Positions 33,860 to 51,600 are shown, numbered from the stretch's first letter. The stretch: DNA of 64,000 nucleotides from the human T2T-CHM13v2.0 reference genome, Homo sapiens (GCF_009914755.1 NC_060937.1); one strand, 5' to 3'. Notes: generated by a model from the letters alone, not told the origin. Translations and numbers: made by a program.

Positions 33860-36745
33860 TTATATTAGGTACATAAAATATGAAAGTACATCAAATATAG
33901 ATTATATACTGTACATTAAATACCAAAGTACCCCAAATATATATTTTATACTGTACATGAAATATCAAAGTTCACAAACTACATATTATATACTGTACAT
34001 ATATCAAAGTACCCGAGGTATATATTCTATACTGTACAAAAAATAACAAAGTACCAAAAGCATGTAATATATACTGTACCTAAAATATGAAAGTACATCA
34101 AATATATATTTTATTCTTTACATAAAATATCAAAGTACACCAGATATATATTCTATAGTGTACATAAAATATCAAAGTACCCAAACTATACATTATATAC
34201 TGTACATAAAATATGAAATTACATCAAATATATATTAGGTACATAAAATATGAAAGTACATCAAATATAGATTATATACTGTACATAAAATATCAAAGTA
34301 CCACAAATATATATTATATACTGTACATGAAATATCAGAGTTCACAAACTATATATTATATACTGTACATAAAATATCAAAGTACCCAAGGTATATATTC
34401 TATACTGTACAAAAAATATCAAAGTACCCAAAGCATGTATTATATACTGTACATAAAATATGAAAGTACATCAAATATATATTTTATTCTGTACATAAAA
34501 TATCAAAGTACACCAGATATATATTCCATAGTGTACATAAAATAACAAAGTACAAAAACTATAAAATATATACTGTACATAAAATATGAAATTTCATCAA
34601 ATATATATTAAGTACATAAAATATGAAAGTACATCAAATATAGATTATATACTGTACATAAAATATCAATGTACCCCAAATATATATGTTATACTCTACA
34701 TGAAATATCAAAGTTCACCAACCATATATTATATACTGTACATAAAATATCAAAGTACCCAAGTTATAAATTCTATACTATACAAAAAATATCAAAGTAC
34801 CCAAAGCATGTATTATATACTGTACATAAAATATGAAAGTACATCTAATATATATTTTATTCTTTACATAAAATATCAAAGTACACCAGATATATATTCT
34901 ATAGTGTACATAAAATATCAAAGTACCCAAACTATACATTATATACTGTACATAAAATATGAGATTACATCAAATATATATTATATTAGGTACATAAAAT
35001 ATGAAAGTACATCAAATATAGATTATATACTGTACATAAAATATCAAAGTACCCCAAATATATATTATATACTCTACATGAAATATCAAAGTTCACAAAC
35101 TATATATTATATACTGTACATAAAATATCAAAGTACCCAAGGTATATATTCTATACTGTACAAAAAATATCAAAGTACCCAAAGCATGTATTATATACTG
35201 TACATAAAATATGAAATTACGTCAAATATATATTTTATTCTGTACATAAAATATCAAAGTACACCAGATATATATTCTATAGTGTACATAAAATTACAAA
35301 GTACACAAACTATACATTATATACTGTACATAAAATATGAAATTACATCAAATATATATTAGGTACATAAAATATGAAAGTACATCAAATATAGATTATA
35401 TACTGTACATAAAATATCAAAGTACCCCAAATATATATTTTGTACTCTACATGAAATATCAAAGTTCACAAACCATATATTATATAGTGTACATAAAATA
35501 TCAAAGTACCCAAGGTATATATTCTATACTGTACAAAAAATATCAAAGTACCCAAAGCCTGTATTATATACTGTACATAAAATATGAAAGTACATCAAAT
35601 ATATATTTTATTCTGTACATAAAATATCAAAGCACACCAGATATATATTCTATAGTGTACATAAAATATCAAAGTACCCAAACTATACATTATATACTGT
35701 ACATAAAATATGAAATTACATCAAATATATATTATATTAGGTACATAAAATATGAAAGTACATCAAATATAGATTATATACTGTACATAAAATATCAAAG
35801 TACCCCAAATATATATTATATAGTGTACATGAAATATCAAACTTCACAAACTATATATTATATACTGTACATAAAATAGCAAAGTACCCAAGGTATATAT
35901 TCTATCCTGTACAAAAAATATCAAAGTACCCAAAGCATGTATTATATACTGTATATAAAATATGAAAGTACATCAAATATATATTTTATTCTGTACATAA
36001 AATATCAAAGTACACCAGATATATATTCTATAGTGTACATAAAATAACAAAGTACAAAAACTATAAATTATATACTGTACATAAAATATGAAATTACATC
36101 AAATATATATTGGTACATAAAATATGAAAGTACATCCAATATAGATTATATACTGTACATAAAATATCAATGTACCACAAATATATATTTTATACTCTAC
36201 ATGAAATATCAAAGTTCACAAACCATATATTATATACTGTACATAAAATATCAAAGTACCCAAGGTATATATTCTATACTGTACAAAAAATATCAAAGTA
36301 CCCAAAGCATGTATTATATACTGTACATAAAATATGAAAGTACATCAAATATATATTTTATTCTGTACATAAAATATCAAAGTACACCAGATATATATTC
36401 TATAGTGTACATAAAATATCAAAGTACCCAAACTATACATTATATACTGTACATAAAATATGAAATTACATCAAATATATATTATATTAGGTACATAAAA
36501 TATGAAAGTACATCAAATATAGATTATATACTGTACATAAAATATCAAAGTACCCCAAATATATATTATATACTGTATATGAAATATCAAAGTTCACAAA
36601 CTGTATATTATATACTGTACATAAAATATTAAAGTACCCAAGGTATATATTCTATACTGCACAAAAAAATCAAAGTACCCAAAGCATGTATTATATACTG
36701 TATATAAAATATGAAAGTACATCAAATATATATTTTATTCTGTAC
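30180..36745 (+). repeat. 3,750-bp super-repeat, about 1.75 copies (within macro-unit B)
   Basis: ORFs 30463/34213, 30836/34586, 31587/35337, 32451/36201 offset by 3750. Confidence 0.9.
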
Positions 36746-37619
36746 ATTATATATCAAAGTACACCTGATATATATTCTATAGTGTACATAAAATAACAAA
36801 GTACACAAACTATAAATTATATACTGTACATAAAATATGAGATTACATCAAATATATATTAGGTACATAAAATATGAAAGTACATCAAATATAGATAATA
36901 TACTGTACATAAAATATCAATGTACCCCAAATATATATTTTATACTCTACATGAAATATCAAAGTTCACAAACCATATATTGTATACTGTACATAAAATA
37001 TCAAAGTACCAAAGGTATGTATTCTATACTGTACAAAAAATATCAAAGTACCCAAAGCATGTATTATATACTGTACATAAAATATGAAAGTACATCAAAA
37101 ATATATATTTAATTCTGTACATAAAATATCAAAGTACACCAGAAATATATTCTAAAGTGTACATAAAATTTCAAAGTACCCAAACTATACATTATATACT
37201 GTACATAAAATATGAAATTACATCAAATATATATTAGGTACATAAAATATGAAGGTACATCAAATATAGATTATATACTGTACATATAATATCAATGTAC
37301 CCCAAATATATATTTTGTACTCTACATGAAATATCAAAGTTCACAAACCATATATTATATACTGTACATAAAATACCAAAGTACCCAAGGTATATATTCT
37401 ATACTGTACAAAAAATATCAAAGTACCCAAAGCATGTATTATATACTGTACATGAAATATGAAAGTACCTCAAATATATATTTTATTCTGTACATAAAAT
37501 ATCAAAGTACTCCAGATATATATTCTATAGTGTACATAAAATATCAAAGTACCCAAACTATACATTATATACTGTACATAAAATATGAAATTACATCAAA
37601 TATATATTATATTAGGTAC

Positions 37620-40600
37620 ATAAAATATGAAAGTACATCAAATATAGATTATATACTGTACATAAAATATCAAAGTACCCCAAATATATATTATATACTG
37701 TATATGAAATATCAAAGTTCACAAACTATATATTATATACTGTACATAAAATATCAAAGTACCCAAGGTATATATTCTATACTGTACAAAAGATATCAAA
37801 GTACCCAAAGCATGTATTATATACTGTACATAAAATATGAAAGTACATCAAATATATATTTTATTCTGTACATAAAATATCAAAGTACACCAGATATATA
37901 TTCTATAGTGTACATAAAATAACAAAGTACAAAAACTATAAATTATATACTGTACATAAAATATGAAATTACATCAAATACATATTAGGCACATAAAATA
38001 TGAAAGTACATCAAATATAGATTATATACTGTACATAAAATATCAATGTACCCCAAATGTATATTTTATACTCTACATGAAATATCAAAGTTCACAAACC
38101 ATATCTTATATACTGTACATAAAATATCAATGTAACCAAGGTATATATTCTATACTGTACAAAAAATATCAAAGTACCCAAAGCATGTATTATATACTGT
38201 ACATAAAATATGAAAGTACATCAAATATATATTTTATTCTGTACATAAAATATCAAAGTACACCAGATATATATTCCATAGTGTACATAAAATATCAAAG
38301 TACCCAAACTATACATTATATACTGTACATAAAATATGAAATTACATCAAATATATTTTATATTAGGTACATAAAATATGAAAGTACATCAAATATAGAT
38401 TATATACTGTACATTACATACCAAAGTACCCCAAATATATATTTTATACTGTACATGAAATATCAAAGTTCACAAACTATATATTATATACTGTACATGT
38501 AATATCAAAGTACCCGAGGTATATATTCTATACTGTACAAAAAATAACAAAGTCCCAAAAGCATGTATTATATACTGTACATAAAATATGAAAGCACATC
38601 AAATATATATTTTATTCTGTACATAAAATATCAAAGTACACCAGATATATATTCTATAGAGTACATAAAATATCAAAGTACCCAAACTATACATTATATA
38701 CTGTACATAAAATATGAAATTACATCAAATATATATTATATTAGGTACATAAAATATGAAAGTACATCAAATATAGATTATATACTGTACATTGAATACC
38801 AAAGTACCCCAAATATATATTTTATACTGTACATGAAATATCAAAGTTCACACACTATATATTATATACTGTACATAAAATATCAAAGTACCCAAGGTAT
38901 ATATTCTATACTGTACAAAAAATATCAAAGTACCCAAAGCATGTATTATAAACTGTACATAAAATATGAAAGTATATCAAATATATATTTTATTCTGTAC
39001 ATAAAATATCAAAGTACACCAGATATATATTCTATATTGTACATAAAATATCAAAGTACCCAAACTATACATTATATACTGTACATAAAATATGAAATTA
39101 CATCAAATATATATTATATTACGTACATAAAATATGAAAGTACATCAAATATAGATTATATACTGTACATGAAATATCAAAGTACCCCAAATATATATTA
39201 TATACTGTACATGAAATATCAAAGTTCACAAACTATATATTATATACTGTACATAAAATATCAAAGTACCCAAGGTATATATTCTATACTCTAAAAAAAA
39301 TATGAAAGTACCCAAAGCATGTATTATATACTGTATATAAAATATGAAAGTACATTAAATATATATTTTATTCTGTACATAAAATATCAAAGTACACCAG
39401 ATATATATTCTATAGTGTACATAAAATTACAAAGTACACAAACTATACACTATATACTGTACATAAAATATGAAATTACATCAAATATATATTAGGTACA
39501 TAAAATATGAAAGTACATCAAATATAGATTATATACTGTACATATAATATCAACGTACCCCAAATATATATTTTATACTCTACATGAAATATCAAAGTTC
39601 ACAAACCATACATTATATACTGTACATAAAATATCAAAGTACCCAAGGTATATATTCTATACTGTACAAAAAATATCAAAGTACCCAAAGCATGTATTAT
39701 ATACTGTACATAAAATATGAAATTACATCAAATATATATTTTATTCTGTACTTAAAATATCAAAGTACACAAGATATATATTCTATAGTGTACATAAAAT
39801 ATCAAAGTACCCAAACTATACATTATATACTGTACATAAAATATGAAATTACATCAAATATATATTATATTAGGTACATGAAATATGAAAGTACATCAAA
39901 TATAGATTATATACTGTACATTAAATACCAAAGTACCCCAAATATATATTTTATACTGTACATGAAATATCAAAGTTCACAAACCATATATTATATACTT
40001 TACATAAAATATCAAAGTACCCAACTTATATATTCTATACTGTACAAAAAACATCAAAGTACCCAAAGCATGTATTATATACTGTACATAAAATATGAAA
40101 GTACATCAAATATATCTTTTATTCTGTACATAATATATCAAAGTACACCAGATATATATTCTATAGTGTACATAAAATAACAAAGTACAAAAACTATAAA
40201 TTCTATACTGTACATAAAATATGAAATTACATCAAATACATATTAGGTACATAAAATATGAAAGTACATCAAATATAGATTATATACTGTACGTAAAATA
40301 TCAATGTACCCCAAATATATATTTTATACTGTACATGAAATATCAAATTTCACAAACTATATATTATATACTGTACATAAAATATCAAAGTACCCAAGGT
40401 ATATATTCTATACTGTACAAATAATATCAAAGTACCCAAAGCACGTATTATATACTGTACATAAAATATGAAAGTACATCAAATATATATTTTATTCTGT
40501 ACATAAAATATCAAAGTACACCAGATATATATTCTATAGTGTACATAAAATATCAAAGTACCCAAACTATACATTATATACTGTACATAAAATATGAAAT

Positions 40601-42640
40601 TACATCAAATTTATATTAGGTACATAAAATATGAAAGTACATCAAATATAGATTATATACTGTACATAAAATATCAAAGTACCCCAAATATATATTATAT
40701 ACTGTATATGAAATATCAAAGTTCACAAACTATATATTATATACTGTACATAAAATATCAAAGTACCCAAGGTATATATTCTATACTGTACAAAAGATAT
40801 CAAAGTACCCAAAGCATGTATTATATACTGTACATAAAATATGAAAGTACATCAAATATATATTTTATTCTGTACATAAAATATCAAAGTACACCAGATA
40901 TATATTCTATAGTGTACATAAAATAACAAAGTACAAAAACTATAAATTATATACTGTACATAAAATATGAAATTACATCAAATACATATTAGGCACATAA
41001 AATATGACTGTACATCAAATATAGATTATATACTGTACATAAAATATCAATGTACCCCAAATATATATTTTATACTCTACATGAAATATCAAAGTTCACA
41101 AACCATATCTTATATACTGTACATAAAATATCAATGTAACCAAGGTATATATTCTATACTGTACAAAAAATTTCAAAGTACCCAAAGCATGTATTATATA
41201 CTGTACATAAAATATGAAAGTACATCAAATATATATTTTATTCTGTACATAAAATATCAAAGTACACCAGATATATATTCCATAGTGTACATAAAATATC
41301 AAAGTACCCAAACTATACATTATATACTGTACATAAAATATGAAATTACATCAAATATATTTTATATTAGGTACATAAAATATGAAAGTACATCAAATAT
41401 AGATTATATACTGTACATTACATACCAAAGTACCCCAAATATATATTTTATACTGTACATGAAATATCAAAGTTCACAAACTATATATTATATACTGTAC
41501 ATGTAATATCAAAGTACCCGAGGTATATATTCTATACTGTACAAAAAATAACAAAGTCCCAAAAGCATGTATTATATACTGTACATAAAATATGAAAGCA
41601 CATCAAATATATATTTTATTCTGTACATAAAATATCAAAGTACACCAGATATATATTCTATAGAGTACATAAAATATCAAAGTACCCAAACTATACATTA
41701 TATACTGTACATAAAATATGAAATTACATCAAATATATATTATATTAGGTACATAAAATATGAAAGTACATCAAATATAGATTATATACTGTACATTGAA
41801 TACCAAAGTACCCCAAATATATATTTTATACTGTACATGAAATATCAAAGTTCACACACTATATATTATATACTGTACATAAAATATCAAAGTACCCAAG
41901 GTATATATTCTATACTGTACAAAAAATATCAAAGTACCCAAAGCATGTATTATAAACTGTACATAAAATATGAAAGTATATCAAATATATATTTTATTCT
42001 GTACATAAAATATCAAAGTACACCAGATATATATTCTATATTGTACATAAAATATCAAAGTACCCAAACTATACATTATATACTGTACATAAAATATGAA
42101 ATTACATCAAATATATATTATATTAGGTACATAAAATATGAAAGTACATCAAATATAGATTATATACTGTACATGAAATATCAAAGTACCCCAAATATAT
42201 ATTATATACTGTACATGAAATATCAAAGTTCACAAACTATATATTATATACTGTACATAAAATATCAAAGTACCCAAGGTATATATTCTATACTCTAAAA
42301 AAAATATCAAAGTACCCAAAGCATGTATTATATACTGTATATAAAATATGAAAGTACATTAAATATATATTTTATTCTGTACATAAAATATCAAAGTACA
42401 CCAGATATATATTCTATAGTGTACATAAAATTACAAAGTACACAAACTATACACTATATACTGTACATAAAATATGAAATTACATCAAATATATATTAGG
42501 TACATAAAATATGAAAGTATATCCAATACAGATTATATACTGTACACATAATATCAACGTACCCCAAATATATATTTTATACTCTACATGAACTATCAAA
42601 GTTCACAAACCATACATTATATACTGTATATAAAATATCA
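37620..42640 (+). repeat. 3,004-bp super-repeat, about 1.7 copies (within macro-unit B)
   Basis: ORFs 37963/40967, 38563/41567, 39584/42588 offset by 3004. The aaaagatatc marker occurs near 37790 and 40794. Confidence 0.9.
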
Positions 42641-45619
42641 AAGTACCCAAGGTATATATTCTATACTGTACAAAAAATATCAAAGTACCCAAAGCATGTA
42701 TTATATACTGTACATAAAATATGAAAGTACATCAAATATATATTTTATTCTGTACATAAAATATCAAATTACACCAGATATATATACCATAGTGTACTTA
42801 AAATATCACAGTACCCAAACTATACATTATATACTGTACATAAAATATGAAATTACATAAAATATATATTATATTAGGTACATAAAATATGAAATTACAT
42901 AAAATATATATTATATTACGTACATAAAATATGAAAGTACATCAAATATAGATTATATACTGTACATTAAATACCAAAGTACCCCAAATATATATTTTAT
43001 ACTGTATATGAAATATCAAACTTCACAAACTATATATTATATACTGTATATAAAATATCAAAGTACCCAAGGTATATCTTCTATACTGTACAAAAGATAT
43101 CAAAGTACCCAAAGCATGTATTATATACTGTACATAAAATATGAAAGTACATCAAATATATATTTTATTCTGTACATAAAATATCAAAGTACACCAGATA
43201 TATATTCTATAGTGTACATAAAATATAAAAGTACCGAAACTATTTATTATATACTGTACATAAAATATGAAATTACATCAAATATATATTATATTAGGTA
43301 CATAAAATATGAAAGTACATCAAATATAGATTATATGCTGTACATAAAATATCAAAGTACCCCAAATATATATTACTCTACATGAAATATCAAAGTTCAC
43401 AAACTATATATTATATACTGTACATAAAATAAAGTACCCAAGGTACATATTCTATACTGTACAAAAAATATCAAAGTACCCAAAGCATGTATTTTATACT
43501 GTACATAAAATATGAAAGTACATCAAATATATATTTTATTCTGTACATAAAATATCAAAGTACACCAGATATATATTCTATAGTGTACATAATATATCAA
43601 ATTACCCAAACTATACATTATATACTGTACATAAAATATGAACTTACATCAAATATATATTATATTAGGTACATTAAAATATGAAAGTACATCAAATATA
43701 GATTATATACTGTACATAAAATATCAAAGTACCCCAAATATATATTATATACTGTACATGAAATATCAAAGTTCACAAACTATATATTATATACTGTACA
43801 TAAAATATCAAAGTACCCAAGGTATATATTCTATACTGTACAAAAAATATCAAAGTACCCAAAGCATGTATTATATACTGTACATAAAATATGAAAGTAC
43901 ATCAAATATATATTTTATTATGTACATAATATATCAAAGTACACCAGATATGTATTCTATAGTGTACATAAAATATCAAAGTACCCAAACTATACATTAT
44001 ATACTGTACATAAAATATGAAATTACATCAAATATATATTATATTAGGTACATAAAATATGAAAGTACATCAAATATAGATTATATACTGTACATAAAAT
44101 ATCAAAGTTCACAAAGTTTATATTATATACTGTACATAAAATATCAAAGTACCCAAGGTATATATTCTATACTGTACAAAAAATATCAAAGTACCCAAAG
44201 CATGTATTATATACTGTATATAAAATATGAAAGTACATCAAATATATATTTTATTCTGCACATAAAATATCAAAATACACCAGATATATATTCTATAGTG
44301 TACATAAAATAACAAAGTACACAAACTATACATTATATACTGTACATAAAATATGAAATTACATCAAATATATATTAGGTACATAAAATATGAAAGTACA
44401 TCAAATATAGATTATATACTGTACATATAATATCAATGTACCCCAAATATATATTTTATACTCTACATGAAATATCAAAGTTCACAAACCATATATTATA
44501 TACTGTACATAAAATAACAAAGTACCCAAGGTATATATTCTATACTGTACAAAAAATATCAAAGTACCCAAAGCATGTATTATATACTGTACATAAAATA
44601 TGAAAGTACATCAAATATATATTTTATTCTGTACATAAAATATGAAGTACACCAGATATATATTCTATAGTGTACATAAAATATCAAAGTACCCAAACTA
44701 TACATTATATACTGTACATAATATATGAAATTACATCAAATATATTTTATATTAGGTACATAAAATATGAAAGTACATCAAATATAGATTATATACTGTA
44801 CATTAAATACCAAAGTACCCCAAATATATATTTTATACTGTACATGAAATATCAAAGTTCACAAACTATATATTATATACTGTACATGTAATATCAAAGT
44901 ACCCGAGCTATATATTCTATACTGTACAAAAAATAACAAAGTACCAAAAGCATGTATTATATACTGTACCTAAAATATGAAAGTACATCAAATATATATT
45001 TTATTCTGTACATAAAATATCAAAGTACACCAGATATATATTCTATAGTGTACATAAAATATCAAAGTACCCAAACTATACATTATATGCTGTACATAAA
45101 ATATGAGATTACATCAAATATATATTATATTAGGTACATAAAATATGAAAGTACATCAAATATAGATTATATACTGTACATAAAATATCAAAGTACCCCA
45201 AATATATATTATATACTCTACATGAAATATCAAAGTTCACAAACTATATATTATATACTGTACATAAAATATCAAAGTACCCAAGGTATATATTCTATAC
45301 TGTACAAAAAATATCAAACTACCCAAAGCATGTATTATATACTGTACATAAAATATGAAAGTACATCAAATATATATTTTATTCTGTACATAAAATATCA
45401 AAGTACACCAGATACATATTCTATAGTGTACATAAAATAACAAAGTACAAAAACTATACATTATATACTGTACATAAAATATGAAATTACATCAAATATA
45501 TACTAGGTACATAAAATATGAAAGTACATCAAATATAGATTATATACTGTACATAAAATATCAATGTACCCCAAATATATATTTTATACTCTACATGAAA
45601 TATCAAAGTTCACAAACCA

Positions 45620-48600
45620 TACATTATATACTGTACATAAAATATCAAAGTACCCAAGGTATATATTCTATACTGTACAAAAAATATCAAAGTACCCAAA
45701 GCATGTATTATATACTGTACATAAAATATGAAACTACATCAAATATATATTTTATTCTGTACATAAAATATCAAAGTACACCAGATATATATTCTATAGT
45801 GTACATAAAATATCAAAGTACCCAAACTATTTATTATATACTGTACATAAAATATGAAATTACATCAAATATATACTAGGTACATAAAATATGAAAGTAC
45901 ATCAAATATAGATTATATACTGTACATAAAATATCAAAGTACCCCAAATATATATTATATACTCTACATGAAATATCAAAGTTCACAAACTATATATTAT
46001 ATACTGTACATAAAATATCAAAGTACCCAAGGTATATATTCTATACTGCACAAAAAATATCAAAGTACCCAAAGCATGTATTATACACTGTATATAAAAT
46101 ATGAAAGTACATCAAATATATATTTTATTCTGTACATAAAATATCAAAGTACACCAGATATATATTCTATAGTGTACATAAAATAACAAAGTACACAAAC
46201 TATAAATTATATACTGTACATAAAATATGAAATTACATCAAATATATACTAGGTACATAAAATATGAAAGTACATCAAATATAGATTATATACTGTACAT
46301 AAAATATAAATGTACACCAAATATATATTTTATACTCTACATGAAATATCAAAGTTCACAAACCATATATTATATACTGTACATAAAATATCAAAGTACC
46401 CAAGGTATATATTCTATACTGTACAAAACATATCCAAGTACCCAAAGCATGTATTATATACTGTACATAAAATATGAAAGTACATCAAATATATATTTTA
46501 TTCTGTACATAAAATATCAAAGTACACCAGATATATATTCTATAGTGTACATAAAATATCAAAGTACCCAAACTATACATTATATACTGCACATAAAATA
46601 TGAAATTACATCAAATATATTTTATATTAGGTACATAAAATATGAAAGTACATCAAATATAGATTATATACTGTACATTAAATACCAAAGTACCCCAAAT
46701 ATATATTTTATACAGTACATGAAATATCAAAGTTCACAAACTATATATTATATACTGTACATATAATATCAAAGTACCCGAGGTATATATTCTATACTGT
46801 ACAAAAAATATCAAAGTACCAAAAGCATGTATTATATACTGTACCTTAAATATGAAAGTACATCAAATATATATTTTATTCTGTACATAAAATATCAAAG
46901 TACACCAGATATATATTCTATAGTGTACATAAAATATCAAAGTACCCAAACTATACATTATATACTGTACATAAAATATGAAATTACATCAAATATATAT
47001 TAGGTACATAAAATATGAAAGTACATCAAATATAGATTATATACTGTACATAAAATATCAAAGTACCCAAAATATATATTATATACTGTACATGAAATAT
47101 CAAAGTTCACAAACCATACATTATATACTGTACATAAAATATCAAAGTACCCAAGGTATATATTCTATACTGTACAAAAAATATCAAAGTACCCAAAGCA
47201 TGTATTATATACTGTACATAAAATATGAAACTACATCAAATATATATTTTATTCTGTACATAAAATATCAAAGTACACCAGATATATATTCTATAGTGTA
47301 CATAAAATATCAAAGTACCCAAACTATTTATTATATACTGTACATAAAATATGAAATTACATCAAATATATACTAGGTACATAAAATATGAAAGTACATC
47401 AAATATAGATTATATACTGTACATAAAATATCAAAGTACCCCAAATATATATTATATACTCTACATGAAATATCAAAGTTCACAAACTATATATTATATA
47501 CTGTACATAAAATATCAAAGTACCCAAGGTATATATTCTATACTGTACAAAAAATAACAAAGTACCAAAAGCATGTATAATATACTGTACATAAAATATG
47601 AAAGTACATCAAATATATATTTTATTCTGTACATAAAATATCAAAGTACACCAGATACATATTCTATAGTGTACATAAAATAACAAAGTACAAAAACTAT
47701 AAATTATATACTGTACATAAAATATGAAATTACATCAAATATATACTAGGTACATAAAATATGAAAGTACATCAAATATAGATTATATACTGTACATAAA
47801 ATATCAATGTACCCCAAATATATATTTTATACTCTACATGAAATATCAAAGTTCACAAACCATATATTATATACTGTACATAAAATATCAAAGTACCCAA
47901 GGTATATATTCTATACTGTACAAAACATATCAAAGTACCCAAAGCATGTATTATATACTGTACATAAAATATGAAAGTACATCAAATATATATTTTATTC
48001 TGTACATAAAATATCAAAGTACACCAGATATATATACTATAGTGTACATAAAATATCATAGTACCCAAACTATACATTGTATACTGCACATAAAATATGA
48101 AATTACATCAAATATGTTTTATATTAGGTACATAAAATATGAAAGTACATCAAATATAGATTATATACTGTACATTAAATACCAAAGTACCCCAAATATA
48201 TATTTTATACTGTACATGAAATATCAAAGTTCACAAACTATATATTATATACTGTACATATAATATCAAAGTACCCGAGGTATATATTCTATACTATACA
48301 AAAAATATCAAAGTACCCAAAGCATGTATTATATACTGTACATAAAATATGAAACTACATCAAATATATATTTTATTCTGTACATAAAATATCAAAGTAC
48401 ACCAGATATATATTCTATAGTGTACATAAAATATCAAAGTACCCAAACTATTTATTATATACTGTACATAAAATATGAAATTACATCAAATATATATTAT
48501 ATTAGGTACATAAAATATGAAAGTACATCAAATATAGATTATATGCTGTACATTAAATACCAAAGTACCCCAAATATATATTTTATACTGTACATGAAAT

Positions 48601-51600
48601 ATCAAAGTTCACAAACTATATATTATATACTGTACATAAAATATCAAAGTACCCAAGGTATATATTCTATACTGTACCAAAAATATCAAAGTACCCAAAG
48701 CACGTATTATATACTGTACATAAAATATGAAAGTACATCAAATATATATTTTATTCTGTACATAAAATATCAAAGTACACCAGATATATATTCTATAGTG
48801 TACATAAAATATCAAAGTACCCAAACTATACATTATATACTGTACATAAAATATAAAATTACATCAAATATATATTATATTTGGTACATAAAATATGAAA
48901 GTACATCAAATATGGATTATATACTGTACATAAAATATCAAAGTACCCCAAATATATATTATATACTCTACATGAAATATCAAAGTTCACAAACTATATA
49001 TTATATACTGTACATAAAATATCAAAGTACCCAAGGTATATACTCTATACTGCACAAAAAATATCAAAGTACCCAAAGCATGTATTATACACTGTATATA
49101 AAATATGAAAGTACATCAAATATATATTTTATTCTGTACATAAAATATCAAAGTACACCAGATATATATTCTATAGTGTACATAAAATAACAAAGTACAC
49201 AAACTATAAATTATATACTGTACATAAAATATGAAATTACATCAAATATATACTAGGTACATAAAATATGAAAGTACATCAAATATAGATTATATACTGT
49301 ACATAAAATATAAATGTACCCCAAATATATATTTTATACTCTACATGAAATATCAAAGTTCACAAACCATATATTATATACTGTACATAAAATATCAAAG
49401 TACCGAAGGTATATATTCTATACTATACAAAACATATCGAAGTACCCAAAGCATGTATTATATACTGTACATAAAATATGAAAGTACATCAAATATATAT
49501 TTTATTCTGTACATAAAATATCAAAGTACACCAGATATATATTCTATAGTGTACATAAAATATCAAAGTACCCAAACTATACATTATATACTGCACATAA
49601 AATATGAAATTACATCAAATATATTTTATATTAGGTACATAAAATATGAAAGTACATCAAATATAGATTATATACTGTACATTAAATACCAAAGTACCCC
49701 AAATATATATTTTATACAGTACATGAAATATCAAAGTTCACAAACTATATATTATATACTGTACATATAATATCAAAGTACCCGAGGTATATATTCTATA
49801 CTGTACAAAAAATATCAAAGTACCAAAAGCATGTATTATATACTGTACCTTAAATATGAAAGTACATCAAATATATATTTTATTCTGTACATAAAATATC
49901 AAAGTACACCAGATATATATTCTATAGTGTACATAAAATATCAAAGTACCCAAACTATACATTATATACTGTACATAAAATATGAAATTACATCAAATAT
50001 ATATTAGGTACATAAAATATGAAAGTACATCAAATATAGATTATATACTGTACATAAAATATCAAAGTACCCAAAATATATATTATATACTGTACATGAA
50101 ATATCAAAGTTCACAAACCATACATTATATACTGTACATAAAATATCAAAGTACCCAAGGTATATATTCTATACTGTACAAAAAATATCAAAGTACCCAA
50201 AGCATGTATTATATACTGTACATAAAATATGAAACTACATCAAATATATATTTTATTCTGTACATAAAATATCAAAGTACACCAGATATATATTCTATAG
50301 TGTACATAAAATATCAAAGTACCCAAACTATTTATTATATACTGTACATAAAATATGAAATTACATCAAATATATACTAGGTACATAAAATATGAAAGTA
50401 CATCAAATATAGATTATATACTGTACATAAAATATCAAAGTACCCCAAATATATATTATATACTCTACATGAAATATCAAAGTTCACAAACTATATATTA
50501 TATACTGTACATAAAATATCAAAGTACCCAAGGTATATATTCTATACTGCACAAAAAATATCAAAGTACCCAAAGCATGTATTATACACTGTATATAAAA
50601 TATGAAAGTACATCAAATATATATTTTATTCTGTACATAAAATATCAAAGTACACCAGATATATATTCTATAGTGTACATAAAATAACAAAGTACACAAA
50701 CTATAAATTATATACTGTACATAAAATATGAAATTACATCAAATATATACTAGGTACATAAAATATGAAAGTACATCAAATATAGATTATATACTGTACA
50801 TAAAATATAAATGTACCCCAAATATATATTTTATACTCTACATGAAATATCAAAGTTCACAAACCATATATTATATACTGTACATAAAATATCAAAGTAC
50901 CCAAGGTATATATTCTATACTGTACAAAACATATCCCAGTACCCAAAGCATGTATTATATACTGTACATAAAATATGAAAGTACATCAAATATATATTTT
51001 ATTCTGTACATAAAATATCAAAGTACACCAGATATATATTCTATAGTGTACATAAAATATCAAAGTACCCAAACTATACATTATATACTGCACATAAAAT
51101 ATGAAATTACATCAAATATATTTTATATTAGGTACATAAAATATGAAAGTACATCAAATATAGATTATATACTGTACATTAAATACCAAAGTACCCCAAA
51201 TATATATTTTATACTGTACATGAAATATCAAAGTTCACAAACTATATATTATATACTGTACATATAATATCAAAGTACCCGAGGTATATATTCTATACTG
51301 TACAAAAAATATCAAAGTACCAAAAGCATGTATTATATACTGTACCTTAAATATGAAAGTACATCAAATATATATTTTATTCTGTACATAAAATATCAAA
51401 GTACACCAGATATATATTCTATAGTGTACATAAAATATCAAAGTACCCAAACTATACATTATATACTGTACATAAAATATGAAATTACATCAAATATATA
51501 TTAGGTACATAAAATATGAAAGTACATCAAATATAGATTATATACTGTACATAAAATATCAAAGTACCCAAAATATATATTATATACTGTACATGAAATA

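Larger units (their letters stand above)
29772..47778 (+). repeat. Macro-unit B, 18,007 bp, paralogue of macro-unit A
   Basis: Same start marker at 29772. Colinear with A at offsets 29491, 25742, 26246 and 24371. 23127-3749+504-1875 = 18007, matching ORFs 29344 and 47351. Confidence 0.88.
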
